Under the pieces are notes generated by a model. It did no database searches, was not told the DNA's origin, and saw nothing but the letters and a program-made list of their open reading frames with translations. A stretch of 64,000 nt of DNA from an uncultured delta proteobacterium (GTDB lineage: Bacteria > Desulfobacterota > Desulfuromonadia > Desulfuromonadales > JACZKF01): NCBI GenBank assembly GCA_963816395.1, contig CAWFKQ010000016.1, forward strand, positions 32,001-96,000, read 5' to 3'. This document shows, piece by piece, positions 48,576-59,091 of the stretch; the stretch's first letter is position 1, and each line of letters starts with the position of its first letter. The position numbers and the translations under genes are program-made.

Positions 48576-49388
48576 TCAGCTTTGTATCAGCCCGCTCATT
48601 TCAGCTGTGGAGGGTGGTGTAAACGATTCGCCAGGCATTAAGACTACGGCTTCAATTTCCGGATAGCGGGCGAGCTCTGAGGCAAAGTCACGGTGACGCT
48701 CCAACATGAAATTCACGGGAGGGAACGCATGGAGTAATCCTTCCATTCCCTCGGGGTCTGCGGCCTCCTCCGGCTTTGGGAACCAGTGATAAGGGATAAC
48801 ATGCTTAACCCCAAGGGCCTTGGCGGCAAAGGCTCCCTCGGCAGGCCCCATGGTGAATATATCTGCAATCGAGAGTACAGCGAGGTCCGGTTTGTAGAGG
48901 GGTTTGATCAAGGTCTCCATCTCCGACGTATAGGCGGTGTCGCCCGAGATGTAGATCGTATACCCATTCTCTAGGCGGATGACAAAGCCGCCGGGGCTGC
49001 CGGCCGACTCGAAAGAGCGCTCCTCGCCGAAGCTAGAGCTGTGGCTAGAAGCAACGAGTGTCACCTGGATTTCCTCCAGAAGCGGATAATTGCCGCCGAA
49101 GTTGAGAGGGAAGACATTAGGCACTCGGCCGGCGAAATCCTTAAGGAAATGCTCGTAGTGAGTGACCCCCATCACCCGGTTATTGGCTTTAAGGAGACCC
49201 TCGAAGCCCAGGCTATGATCGAAGTGGGCATGCGTACAGAGTACCAAGTCTGCGTCCTCCCATTTCTTCGGGTTCTGCCACTCTTTAGGGCAGGTGGGGT
49301 TTCCCGCGATCCAAGGGTCGACGACGATGACCTTCCCCTTTTCTGTCTTGATCCGGAGCATACTGTGACCGAGAAGTTGGATCTCCAT
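48576..49388 (-). CDS. Metallo-beta-lactamase-fold hydrolase (UPF0173)
   Basis: LGHS, DPWI.GNP, THAHFDH, SHSSS, SGDT, IPYH. Confidence 0.88.
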   Translation of the reverse strand: MEIQLLGHSMLRIKTEKGKVIVVDPWIAGNPTCPKEWQNPKKWEDADLVLCTHAHFDHSLGFEGLLKANNRVMGVTHYEHFLKDFAGRVPNVFPLNFGGNYPLLEEIQVTLVASSHSSSFGEERSFESAGSPGGFVIRLENGYTIYISGDTAYTSEMETLIKPLYKPDLAVLSIADIFTMGPAEGAFAAKALGVKHVIPYHWFPKPEEAADPEGMEGLLHAFPPVNFMLERHRDFASELARYPEIEAVVLMPGESFTPPSTAEMSGLIQS

Positions 49389-49486
49389 CAAATTTCTCCT
49401 TCCTAAGCCTCATCTTCTTGAAAAAATAACGCCAATAACCTTTTCACCACCTCTCCCCACCAACCCCCTCTCTAAGAGGCATTCTT

Positions 49487-50284
49487 TTAATGAGAAATGA
49501 GAACAGGTACGGCATGGTGGTTAAGGACGTACCGAACAACCGGGCTCAATGCGAGCTTTCCCCGTGTATAGGCACATGCTCCCATAACTAATAGGTCGAT
49601 CGCCTGTTGGCAAGTAAGGTTTAGAAGAGTGTCACCAACGGTCAAATTCCCTGGGAAGACGTGATCGGCAGTCGCCGTTACTTTCCGATGAGCAAGATAG
49701 TCGCGGATCTGCATGAGGCCGTCATTCTCGGAAGAGATTGTTTCGCTGGTTATATTCATGATTGAAACATAACGGGCTGCTTTTAGGAACGGCAGCGCGT
49801 CGTTGACACTCCTGACCGATTCCCGCCCTGTCTTCCAAGCGATCATGATTCGAACTCCCGCGGTTTTAAAGGTTCCGGCATAGGGCACGACGAGAACAGG
49901 GCGTCCAGATGCCAGCACGAGTCTTTCCAGGAGGTCTATAGGGAGATTCCTGCTCAGGGAGCGAGAGTTGGCCTGCCCGACAATGATCAAATCCGAGTAA
50001 TAGGCCTGAGTTATTATAGTTTCCATAATATCAGCCCCAGTGACTGACTGATCAATACAAATCCATTCTGATGAAACACCGAATTCGGCGGTTTTATTTT
50101 TGAACATCGATTCTATTGTGCTAGCCTTAGAAGTATTTTCAAATTCATTAATAGTGCATAAGCCACGGAGATTGGCTTGGTGCTTCATTGCATATTGAAT
50201 CGCCAAATCAAGACGAGCTTCTGTTTCGGTAGAAGTGTCGAGATGTAACAAAATATCTCTTATTATCACAATAAAGTTCCTCAC
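49487..50284 (-). CDS. Universal stress protein (tandem USP)
   Basis: DILLHLD, SDLIIVGQ, LVLASGRPVLVVP, IAWKTGRES, DLLVMGA, PVLISH. Confidence 0.85.
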   Translation of the reverse strand: MRNFIVIIRDILLHLDTSTETEARLDLAIQYAMKHQANLRGLCTINEFENTSKASTIESMFKNKTAEFGVSSEWICIDQSVTGADIMETIITQAYYSDLIIVGQANSRSLSRNLPIDLLERLVLASGRPVLVVPYAGTFKTAGVRIMIAWKTGRESVRSVNDALPFLKAARYVSIMNITSETISSENDGLMQIRDYLAHRKVTATADHVFPGNLTVGDTLLNLTCQQAIDLLVMGACAYTRGKLALSPVVRYVLNHHAVPVLISH

Positions 50285-50349
50285 AAACGGGATATATTTT
50301 AAAGTAACGTAATTATTATTAGGTATTCGTCCTTTGCAATCGCCCCGCC

Positions 50350-51102
50350 CTACGCCACAGACTCTTCAGGTGAGACCAATCTCTTTTCTTTCCCAAGATA
50401 TGCACATTTAACCCCCGCATTTTTCATCAATTCATCCGCCGTTCCTTCCAAGATGACTCGCCCGGTTTCCAGAACATAACCACGGTCGGCCAGTTTAAGC
50501 GCCGCTTTGGCATTTTGTTCCACCAACAGGATGGTCATGCCGACTTGCTGACGCAACCGTTCCAGAACCCGAAATATCTCCTGCACCACCAGCGGCGCCA
50601 GGCCCATCGATGGCTCATCCAGTAATAGCAGCTTCGGATTGGCCATCAGCGCCCTGCCGATGGCCAGCATTTGCTGTTCGCCCCCTGACATCGTTCCGGC
50701 TAGTTGCTTGCGGCGCTCTTCAAGGCGGGGAAACAGTTTAAATATTTTTTCCATATCATTGCGGATCGCGCTCTTAGCCTCATTACGGTAACGCAAATAT
50801 GCGCCAAGCTCCAGGTTGTCTTCCACCGAGAGCGGCTTAAAAACCTGCCTGCCTTCGGGAACCTGAGAAATTCCAAGGTTGACGATTCTGTCCGGCAACA
50901 TTTTGGTAACCGGATCCATGCAGAAGAGGACCTCGCCACAGGCGGCAGGTGTCACTCCGGAGATAGTGTTGAGGATGGTGGTCTTGCCAGCGCCGTTGGC
51001 GCCGATCAAGGTAACAATTTCACCCAATTCAAGATGCAACGAGACATTCTTTAGGGCATGAATTTTGCCGTAATATGTATTGACGTTTTTGAGCTGCAAC
51101 AT
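50350..51102 (-). CDS. livF: Branched-chain amino acid ABC ATPase LivF
   Basis: GANGAGKT, VPEGRQVF, MSGGEQQML, LDEPSMGLAP, VEQN. Confidence 0.92.
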   Translation of the reverse strand: MLQLKNVNTYYGKIHALKNVSLHLELGEIVTLIGANGAGKTTILNTISGVTPAACGEVLFCMDPVTKMLPDRIVNLGISQVPEGRQVFKPLSVEDNLELGAYLRYRNEAKSAIRNDMEKIFKLFPRLEERRKQLAGTMSGGEQQMLAIGRALMANPKLLLLDEPSMGLAPLVVQEIFRVLERLRQQVGMTILLVEQNAKAALKLADRGYVLETGRVILEGTADELMKNAGVKCAYLGKEKRLVSPEESVA

Positions 51103-51857
51103 TAGCCGTCCTCCCCGAGGTAGGCCGCAACCACTTCTGGATTATCTTGAATTTCCTGCGACGTACCTTCGGCAAGTTTTTTGCCGAGGTTGAGCACCAC
51201 TATCCGGTCGCAGATATCCATGATCAGTTCCATATCATGTTCTACAAGGACAACTGTTATCCCTTTTTTCCTGATCCTCTGGATGAGGTGCGAGAACTCT
51301 AAAGTCTCCTGGCTATTAAGGCCAGCCGCCGGTTCGTCCATTAAGATAATACGTGGTTCCAATGCCAGAGCTCGAGAGACTTCAAGCAACCTCCCTTTGC
51401 CGAAGGGAAGATTGCCAGCGGTGACATCCGCAAGATCCGTTATGCCCGTGAACTCCAGGCATTCCATAGACCGCTCATGGATGCGGCGTTCTTCAGCAAT
51501 GCTCCAGGGCATCTTAAAGGCGCAAGCCAGAAGACCACTGGAGCTTTTAGTATGCATCCCGACCATGACGTTTTCGCGCACAGTCATGCCGCTGAACAGT
51601 TCAATGTTCTGGAAGGTACGAACCAACCCCCGCCGTGCCAATTGTTCAGGGGCAAGCCCGGATACATCCGTACCCTCCAGAAGCACCTTCCCTGCAGACT
51701 GGGTATAAATGCCAGTGATGATGTTGAAGAGGGTGGTCTTGCCGGCCCCATTGGGACCGATAACGCCAGTGATATCCCCCTGCGATATGGAGAAAGAGAC
51801 ATGATCGAGCGCAATGACTCCGCCGAAAATTTGGCTGATCCCAGAGACTTCAAGCAT
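51102..51857 (-). CDS. livG: Branched-chain amino acid ABC ATPase LivG
   Basis: GPNGAGKT, RTFQN, DEPAAGL, VEHDM, VVAAYLG. Confidence 0.92.
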   Translation of the reverse strand: MLEVSGISQIFGGVIALDHVSFSISQGDITGVIGPNGAGKTTLFNIITGIYTQSAGKVLLEGTDVSGLAPEQLARRGLVRTFQNIELFSGMTVRENVMVGMHTKSSSGLLACAFKMPWSIAEERRIHERSMECLEFTGITDLADVTAGNLPFGKGRLLEVSRALALEPRIILMDEPAAGLNSQETLEFSHLIQRIRKKGITVVLVEHDMELIMDICDRIVVLNLGKKLAEGTSQEIQDNPEVVAAYLGEDG

Positions 51858-52839
51858 GTTCGGCACCCTTTTTAGGACCGATGAATTTTATATATAAAGC
51901 AGGAATTTCGCGTACTTTTGCATAAAGAGCGGGGAGCCCTCGTGCCAACCCTTTTGGCATGAACCTGATCATTAATATCAGAAGACTTCCATAGATGACG
52001 ATATCGTAATCCTGGGCTCCTCGCAGGATCTCGGGCAACAGCGTTATCAAAGCTGCTCCAAGAAATGAGCCGTAAATACTCCCCAGTCCGCCGATGACCA
52101 CCATGGTGAGCAGCTCGATGGAAAAATTGAAGCCGAACGAAGCGGGCGAAATGAATGTCATTGTGTGGGCGTAAAGACTGCCGGCCACTGAGGAAATGAT
52201 GGCTGAAAGTGCAAATATCTGTACTTTGAGAAGGCGCGCATTGACCCCCAACACCCGCGCCGCTACCTCAGAGTCGTGAATGGCCCGCAGGGCGCGTCCC
52301 ATACGGGAGCTTGCCAAATTTAGAGCCAAGAGAATAAAAACAAGAGTAAAGCCCCAAATCAGGTAGTAGTTCTTTAAATCGGAGTCAAAGGTAATTTGAC
52401 CCACTGTGAGATTGGGGATTCCAGAGAGACCAGATGGGCCGCCGGTCAGATCGATGGCCTCGGTGAAGGCGATATAGATGATAATCCCGAGTCCCAGCGT
52501 TGCCATGGCAAGGTAATGTCCTTTAAGCTTCAGGATCGGAAAACCGATTAGGAACGCCAATGCACCAACAATGATAGCTACCAGCGGCATTGTCGCCCAG
52601 GCATTCCAGCCATAGGTGCCAGTGAAAATGCCGGACATGTAGGCTCCCAGTCCGAAAAATCCGGCATGTCCGAGTGATATCTGGCCGGCATAACCCATAA
52701 GAAGGTTGAGCGCTACGGCGAGCGTGGTATTGATCCCGACGAATATCAGAACATTCATTAAGTATCCGCCATTGAAGGCCAGTGGCACCAGCAGAACAAT
52801 CAGGGCAAATATGAGGAATTTCAGGCGTTCTTTATTCAT
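51850..52839 (-). CDS. livM: Branched-chain amino acid ABC permease LivM
   Basis: GYAGQISLGHAGF, GHYLAMATL, TGGPSG, GRALRAIHDSE. Confidence 0.92.
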   Translation of the reverse strand: MNKERLKFLIFALIVLLVPLAFNGGYLMNVLIFVGINTTLAVALNLLMGYAGQISLGHAGFFGLGAYMSGIFTGTYGWNAWATMPLVAIIVGALAFLIGFPILKLKGHYLAMATLGLGIIIYIAFTEAIDLTGGPSGLSGIPNLTVGQITFDSDLKNYYLIWGFTLVFILLALNLASSRMGRALRAIHDSEVAARVLGVNARLLKVQIFALSAIISSVAGSLYAHTMTFISPASFGFNFSIELLTMVVIGGLGSIYGSFLGAALITLLPEILRGAQDYDIVIYGSLLILMIRFMPKGLARGLPALYAKVREIPALYIKFIGPKKGAEHA

Positions 52840-52843
52840 ATTG

Positions 52844-53725
52844 TCATACCCTCTCACTTTCTGCCTTGCCGAACAGCCCTTGTGGCCGCATAAACAGTAT
52901 TAGGAGGAGAACAATGAAGGCCGTCGCGTCTTTGTATCCGGAAGAAATCAATCCGGCCCCCAAGGATTCGAGCAAGCCGAGGAGCAATCCTCCGACGACC
53001 GTGGGGAGGCCGCCGCTCATACCGCCGATAATGGCAGCGCAGAAGCCTTTTAGGCCGAGCATGATCCCCACGTCGTAGGCCGTCATAGTCAAGGGGGCAA
53101 TAATGATACCGGCCACCGCTCCCATAGCCGAACTGATGACGAATGAGAACAGAACCATGTGCCGCACGTCGATCCCCACCAGGCCGGCGGCTCGCCGATT
53201 AAAGGAGCAGGCGCGCATGGCCTTGCCGCTGATGGTGTGGTAGAAATAAAACCTGTTGATGGCGATGATTATTAGGGTGATGCCAAATATCCAAAGATGT
53301 TGCGGCAGGATGGTGGCCCCGCCGATGGTGATTGGCTTAGCACTGGAAAACGCAGGGATGGCGTGCGTGTCCTTGCCCCACAACAGCATAGCCAGTCCCC
53401 GGATTAGAATGCTGCCGCCGAGGGTGATGATGATCATGTTAATGGCTGTTGGTTGGCGGAGCGGTCGGATGGCGAGACGCTCGAACAAAAAGCCGACCAA
53501 GGTTGTGGCCGCCACAGCAAAGGGAATCGCCAGCCAGGTCGGCAATCTGAACAGCTCCAGGAAAAAGAGGGTCAACATGGCGCCCAGCATTACGAATTCA
53601 CCCTGCGCAAAGTTGATGATGCCGGTAGCGTTATAGATGATCGCAAACCCGAGGCCGACAAGGGAGTAGATCGCCCCGGTTGAAAGGCCGGACACTGTGT
53701 ATTGAATGATCTGATCAAACTGCAT
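52844..53725 (-). CDS. livH: Branched-chain amino acid ABC permease LivH
   Basis: GAIYSLVGLG, INFAQGE, GKAMRA, KGFCAAIIGG, RPQGLFG. Confidence 0.92.
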   Translation of the reverse strand: MQFDQIIQYTVSGLSTGAIYSLVGLGFAIIYNATGIINFAQGEFVMLGAMLTLFFLELFRLPTWLAIPFAVAATTLVGFLFERLAIRPLRQPTAINMIIITLGGSILIRGLAMLLWGKDTHAIPAFSSAKPITIGGATILPQHLWIFGITLIIIAINRFYFYHTISGKAMRACSFNRRAAGLVGIDVRHMVLFSFVISSAMGAVAGIIIAPLTMTAYDVGIMLGLKGFCAAIIGGMSGGLPTVVGGLLLGLLESLGAGLISSGYKDATAFIVLLLILFMRPQGLFGKAESERV

Positions 53726-53815
53726 TGGGTATCCCCTCTGGACCATCAGTAAGACATAACGATCCTGGCCTTTGGGTGCTCATAAATATATTTGCGGTTT
53801 GCTTCAGGAGGCTCA

Positions 53816-53857
53816 TCCAGCCAGATAGCCGACTAGACTACCAGCTATCTGGCTGGA
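53816..53857. other. 14-bp perfect stem-loop between livK and livH
   Basis: tccagccagatagc-N14-gctatctggctgga. Confidence 0.7.
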
Positions 53858-53888
53858 ATCGAATTTATCGATTAGAATTAGAGAGCCA

Positions 53889-55034
53889 TTACTTGGTCAG
53901 CACAAATTCCCCTTTAGAAATCCTAACCATTTCAAAGGCGGAGAGATCAAGACCATTGTGTTGTTCAGGGTTCAGGTTGAACACGCCGGAAACACTGACC
54001 AGTTTCTTGGTCTGTTCGATACCGTCTCTGATGTTTTCAGGGGTGGACCCGACCTTTTCAATAGCGCCGGCTATCAGAAGAAAGGCATCATAGGTATAGC
54101 CGCCAAAACTTGAGGGTTCGTCGCCATACGCCTTTTTGTACTTTTGATCATAATCTTTGAGCAAAACTTTCTGGGAGTCTGACTTCGGAAGACTATTGTA
54201 GATCGCCAGTTTGCCAGTCGGGAGCATTACCCCTTCGGCAGCCTTATTGCCAGCCAGTTGAATGTATTTTTTGGAGGCAACACCATGGCTCATGTAAAGT
54301 GGGATCTTTATGCCAAGTTGTTGAACGTTTCTAGTGATGATCGCCGGCCCAGGATTGGTACCCCAGCAAATAATGGCGTCCGGGTTGATGCCTCTGATCT
54401 TGGTCAGTTGTGCGGTCATATCGGTGTCTTTGGGGCCATAGACTTCGTCGGCCACGATGGAAAAACCTTTCTGCCCGGCTATCGCCTTGAGTTGTTCGCG
54501 ACCGGAGGCGCCAAAACCATCGGTAACCGTCAAGAGAGCAATAGTTCTCTGCTTTTTTTCAGCCATGTAATTGAGGATCTTTTCGGCTGCAACATGATCG
54601 TTGGGGGGGGTCTTAAACACCCAGTGCTTCACTGGATCGGTGATCTTGATGCTGGCCCCGCCGGATATCATGGGAATCTTCTCCTTCTCGGCCAAATGGA
54701 TGACCGCCATGCTCTCTCCGGAGGTGGTTGGGCCGATGATGACACTTACCTTGTCGTCCTTGATCAATTTAGTGGCCAGCTGGACCGCCTTGGTAGGATC
54801 GCCTCCGGTGTCGTATATGATAGCTTCAAGTTTCTTGCCGTTTATGCCCCCTTGTTCGTTGGTTTCTTTCACCAGCAGCTCAAGGGTTTTCTTCATCGGA
54901 TCACCAAGAAAAGAAGCTGGCCCGGTCACAGAAAACAGACCCCCGATCTTGATCGTGTCGGAAGAGGCAAAAGCACTGCCACAAGACAGAATCGCTATCA
55001 GTCCCGAAATAATGCCTACGAAGTAACTCTTCAT
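53889..55034 (-). CDS. livK: Branched-chain/aromatic ABC substrate-binding protein (LivK-like)
   Basis: Signal peptide, IKIGGLFSVTGPASFLG, GGINGKK, DMTAQL; SD aaggag. Confidence 0.88.
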   Translation of the reverse strand: MKSYFVGIISGLIAILSCGSAFASSDTIKIGGLFSVTGPASFLGDPMKKTLELLVKETNEQGGINGKKLEAIIYDTGGDPTKAVQLATKLIKDDKVSVIIGPTTSGESMAVIHLAEKEKIPMISGGASIKITDPVKHWVFKTPPNDHVAAEKILNYMAEKKQRTIALLTVTDGFGASGREQLKAIAGQKGFSIVADEVYGPKDTDMTAQLTKIRGINPDAIICWGTNPGPAIITRNVQQLGIKIPLYMSHGVASKKYIQLAGNKAAEGVMLPTGKLAIYNSLPKSDSQKVLLKDYDQKYKKAYGDEPSSFGGYTYDAFLLIAGAIEKVGSTPENIRDGIEQTKKLVSVSGVFNLNPEQHNGLDLSAFEMVRISKGEFVLTK

Positions 55035-55139
55035 TGTAAAACTCCTTTTTGGGTGGTACGCCGTTTTGCAAAAGAGAGATCCTTTGTTCACCTTCCCTGC
55101 AGCCTTAAGAAATTCCTACAGGTAAAGCAATCTCCCGCG

Positions 55140-56099
55140 TTATTCCTTTCTCAATGATTTAGTCTCCAAAGTTTTGACCAAGCCACGGATCATACTGTTG
55201 TAAGGAGTGGCAACTCCGGCTTGTGCGCCGTATTCAATTATCTTTCCGTTTATGTAGTCGATTTCGGTCCGACGGCCCGCCTCGATGTCTTGTAACATCG
55301 ATGGCTTGAGATTGCCGGCCTTTTTTATGTAATTGATACAGTAAGGATAATAGTCAGAACCGAGGGCAAATTCGCTGGCGCGGGCCACGGCGACCCCCTC
55401 TTTGACTAGTGCATCGACGAGACTAAAGAGAATGGGGTCGCGGACGGTCTCGACAATGGTATTTCCCGTTACGGCGCAGATGGCCATCATGCAGGAGTTC
55501 AGCACGGACTTTCGCCAAACCATGTCGGCTATTTTCTCGGTGTGCAAAGTGTCGAGGCCGCACTCGGTCAAAACGTTGCAGATACCAATTGCGGCTTCTT
55601 TAGACTGGGGAGCGAGTTCTTGAAGAAAATTCGGCCGGTGATGAAAGACTACCCGGATATGGCACGGAGCCAGCGGAGAACACCCATAATTGACGACACC
55701 CCGCATGACATGTTTGGCTCCGAGATTTTGGGCCAGGACCAATTCTGTGTCGATGCCGTTTTGCCAGCTAACGACGTAACGCCCTTCGGCGACGAAGCCC
55801 TCGAGAGCGGAGGCGATCAAGGGGAGGGCCGTGGCTTTGGCGGTTATAATGATGACATCAGGCGGATCTGAAATGAGATCCTCGATCCTGGTGGTGACCC
55901 TTGACACACCCGCCTGCAGGTTATCTACTCCTTCTATGATGATGCCGGGTTTAATGGCCGGTTCCAGGAGACCAGGGATGACATCGCAGAGCGTGACGTT
56001 ATAACCTCCCCTGGCAAGGAAGGCGGCGACAACCCCCCCCACCGGCCCGGCGCCGATGACTGCAAATTTAGTTGGCTTATAGTTGCATTCTTCCTTCAT
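55140..56099 (-). CDS. panE: Ketopantoate reductase (PanE/ApbA) family 2-oxoacid reductase
   Basis: GAGPVG, KA, QNGI, WRK..LN, SMLQDIEAGRRTEIDYING, TPYN. Confidence 0.85.
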   Translation of the reverse strand: MKEECNYKPTKFAVIGAGPVGGVVAAFLARGGYNVTLCDVIPGLLEPAIKPGIIIEGVDNLQAGVSRVTTRIEDLISDPPDVIIITAKATALPLIASALEGFVAEGRYVVSWQNGIDTELVLAQNLGAKHVMRGVVNYGCSPLAPCHIRVVFHHRPNFLQELAPQSKEAAIGICNVLTECGLDTLHTEKIADMVWRKSVLNSCMMAICAVTGNTIVETVRDPILFSLVDALVKEGVAVARASEFALGSDYYPYCINYIKKAGNLKPSMLQDIEAGRRTEIDYINGKIIEYGAQAGVATPYNSMIRGLVKTLETKSLRKE

Positions 56100-56192
56100 A
56101 GGGCGGACTCCTCGAAATAAGAAAACTGCGGTGCCTGACACGTTCCTGCCCGGAAACTGCCGATAGGCATCCGGATTTTCCGTATGCGCACA

Positions 56193-56642
56193 TTAGATCC
56201 ATTCCTGGATCATACCGAAGGACTCGGAATCAAGGACCTTGATGCCATGGGCTTGCAGTACCTCGATCGCCAGATCATTATCGCTGAAGCGGAAGATCAT
56301 CACCGCTTTTCCCGGTGCGGAGCCGATGCCAGCCATGGCATACATGTAACTGACATTCAACTGGGCATCCTTAATGAAGCTCAGCATACGGGCCAGACTG
56401 CCGGGGATATCTTCCATTTCCGCTGCGACGACATCGTCAACCCGGGCTGGAAACTGTTTTTCCATGATTACCTGGCGGGCTTTGATAATATCGGACACGA
56501 GAATGCGCAGGACGCCGAATCCGGAAAGGTCGCAGATGGATAGGGATCTCAGATTAAGCCCGGCCACCCCGAGGCAATTGGTGACCTCATAGAGGCGGCC
56601 AGGGGCGTTTTCAAGGAAAATGGATAGCTGTTTTAATTTCAT
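56193..56642 (-). CDS. Tandem ACT domain amino acid-binding protein
   Basis: KQLSIFLENAPGRL, FGVLRILV, DIPGSLA, YMYA. Confidence 0.88.
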   Translation of the reverse strand: MKLKQLSIFLENAPGRLYEVTNCLGVAGLNLRSLSICDLSGFGVLRILVSDIIKARQVIMEKQFPARVDDVVAAEMEDIPGSLARMLSFIKDAQLNVSYMYAMAGIGSAPGKAVMIFRFSDNDLAIEVLQAHGIKVLDSESFGMIQEWI

Positions 56643-56660
56643 GAGAATCCCTTCTGGACT

Positions 56661-57236
56661 CTATGCGGCTGAAGCCCCTCCGCTGAGGGCTTTAAGGTTG
56701 ATCTCAGTTCCTTTACCAGCGGAGAGCATCTTGAGCACACTCTCGATGACCAGAGGATCGAGAGGGAGGTCCTTCATCACGGAACCAACCATAACCATAT
56801 TGACCGCCTTGGCATTGCCGGCCTTCTGAGCAATGGAGAGCGCATCGATATCGTGGGCGTTGCTGCATGCCCGGCTGATCTGCTCCTCCACATCGGTAGG
56901 ATACGTGGCCAGGCCGGAGGCTACGGTGCTGGGGTTAATGGTGGCCTTGTTGTAGACCAGTTTCCCGCCGGCCTTGAGATAGTGTACGTACCTGAGCGCC
57001 TCCAAGGGCTCGAAAGAGATCAGGATGTCGGCACTGCCGGGGAGGACCGCCGGTGAGTAAACTTTTTTCCCGATACGGACGAAGGAGATAACACTCCCTC
57101 CACGCTGGGCCATGCCATGTACTTCATTCTGCTTGACATCCAGGCCGCTGGCCAGGGCGCTTTCGGCAAGCACCTTGGACGCCATGAGGACACCCTGCCC
57201 GCCGACCCCGGTAATGACGATATTAAAGACTTCCAT
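56661..57236 (-). CDS. iorB: Indolepyruvate:ferredoxin oxidoreductase beta subunit
   Basis: GVGGQG, EVHGMAQRGGSV, FEPLEALR, NMVMVG. Confidence 0.93.
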   Translation of the reverse strand: MEVFNIVITGVGGQGVLMASKVLAESALASGLDVKQNEVHGMAQRGGSVISFVRIGKKVYSPAVLPGSADILISFEPLEALRYVHYLKAGGKLVYNKATINPSTVASGLATYPTDVEEQISRACSNAHDIDALSIAQKAGNAKAVNMVMVGSVMKDLPLDPLVIESVLKMLSAGKGTEINLKALSGGASAA

Positions 57237-58993
57237 TAGTTCCTCCGATTCTCAATTTCCGACATGGCGTCGAATTTACACAGTTGGGCGCAGACACCAC
57301 ATCCGTTGCAGATGTTGGGGTCCACGGTTACCTTCGGTTTGTCGCCTGAATTCTTCAGTCCCAAAGCCACGCAAGCTGCCTTCAGGCATGCACGACATCC
57401 CGTGCACTTATCCGGGTCCACGGTCAGGATGGGTTGTTTCACCCGATAACGTAAGATGCAGGGATTCTTGTCCACCAGGACGTAGGGACCTGGGATCTCA
57501 AGGCCCTTTTTGATGGCAGCCTCGGTCTCAGCGAGGTTATAGGAGTTGATTTCGACAACATTTTCGACGCCCAGCACCTTGACCAATTCCACCATGTCCA
57601 CCTGTTTGGCCGTCCCGCCCTGCAGTACGCTGCCACTGCCGGGGTTCTCCTGCCCGCCGGTCATGCCGGTGGTGCGATTGTCCATGATAATGACCAGGGC
57701 ATTGCCGCCGTTATAGACCAGGTTAAGCAATCCGGTCATTCCCGAGTGGAAAAAGGTGGAATCGCCGATGACGGCAACGGGTTTTTCCGTTCTGCCGGCA
57801 ATCTCGTTGATTCTGGCCATGCCGTGAGCGGCGCTGATGCTCGCTCCCATGCAAATGCAGGTATGCATGGCGCTCATGGGAGGAAGCGCGCCGAGGGTGT
57901 AACAGCCGATATCGCCGGCAACAAAAACCTTGAGTTTACTGAGGATGGAGAACAATCCGCGGTGAGCGCAACCAGGACAGAAGGTGGGGGGACGTTGGGG
58001 AAGGCCTGCGACAGGACTCGTCCCCTCAATTTCCTTCTTTCCTGCCGCTGTCCTGATAATTGCCGAATCGACTTCCAAACAGTAAGGAATTTTGTTTTTT
58101 CCGATATCGACTCGAATCCCCATGGCCCGTATTTGTTCTTCAAATATGGCGTCCATCTCTTCGACTACCATGAGGCGTTTAACCCTGCCGGCAAATTCCC
58201 GGATCATTTTCTCCGGCAGGGGGTGGGCCAGGCCTAATTTGAGAACTGAGGCGGTAGGAAAAGCCTCTTTCACATGCTGATAAGAAACGCCTGAGGTAAT
58301 GATACCCAGATCAATATCCGCCATCTCGACCCGGTTGAGCGGTGTCGTTTCCGCGTACTCCTGCAATTTGAGCAGCCGCGCTTCCACCTCTACATGCTTT
58401 ATCTTGCCGAAGTTGGGCAGCATCACGTTTTTGGGCACGTTTTTGACCCATTCTCTGATCTTCGGCGAGATCTTTTCCCGTTGCTCGACACAACACTTCG
58501 CATGGGCCGTGCGAGTGGTGGTGCGAAGCATGACCGGCGTATCGAACTGCTCGGAAATTTCGAGTCCTGCCCGCACAAAATCATAAGCCTCTTGGGAATC
58601 GGCTGGATCCAACATGGGTACTTTGGCAAACTTTGCGTAATTGCGGCTGTCCTGTTCATTCTGGGAAGAATGCTGCCCCGGGTCGTCGGCCACCATCAGG
58701 ATCAGTCCAGCATTGACGCCGGTGTAAGTAAAGCTCATCAGCGCGTCGGCAGCGACATTAACCCCGACGTGTTTCATGGTAGCCAAGGCCCTGCCGCCGG
58801 CAATGGAGGCACCGATCGCTGCTTCCAACCCGACCTTCTCGTTGGGCGCCCATTCGCAGTAGACCTCACCTAGTCGGGCTACCTCTTCCAGTGTTTCGGT
58901 ACTGGGGGTGCCGGGATAGCCTGAGGCGAAGACCCCACCGGAATCCCCAAAGCTCAAAGCAATGGCTTCGTTGCCTGAAATTATTTTTTTCAT
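57236..58993 (-). CDS. iorA: Indolepyruvate:ferredoxin oxidoreductase alpha subunit
   Basis: GNEAIA, YPGTPSTE, NEKV, KHVGVNVAAD, SSQNEQD, CPGCAHR, GDIGCY, GDSTF.HSG, two ferredoxin motifs. Confidence 0.95.
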   Translation of the reverse strand: MKKIISGNEAIALSFGDSGGVFASGYPGTPSTETLEEVARLGEVYCEWAPNEKVGLEAAIGASIAGGRALATMKHVGVNVAADALMSFTYTGVNAGLILMVADDPGQHSSQNEQDSRNYAKFAKVPMLDPADSQEAYDFVRAGLEISEQFDTPVMLRTTTRTAHAKCCVEQREKISPKIREWVKNVPKNVMLPNFGKIKHVEVEARLLKLQEYAETTPLNRVEMADIDLGIITSGVSYQHVKEAFPTASVLKLGLAHPLPEKMIREFAGRVKRLMVVEEMDAIFEEQIRAMGIRVDIGKNKIPYCLEVDSAIIRTAAGKKEIEGTSPVAGLPQRPPTFCPGCAHRGLFSILSKLKVFVAGDIGCYTLGALPPMSAMHTCICMGASISAAHGMARINEIAGRTEKPVAVIGDSTFFHSGMTGLLNLVYNGGNALVIIMDNRTTGMTGGQENPGSGSVLQGGTAKQVDMVELVKVLGVENVVEINSYNLAETEAAIKKGLEIPGPYVLVDKNPCILRYRVKQPILTVDPDKCTGCRACLKAACVALGLKNSGDKPKVTVDPNICNGCGVCAQLCKFDAMSEIENRRN

Positions 58994-59091
58994 AAGCTAA
59001 ATACTCCTTCTCGTTGTGGCGTTCCGTTCCGCAGCATGAACTACGAACCGGAAAGAAATTGGTTATACTTCCGATGGCCGGCAGAGGTTCA

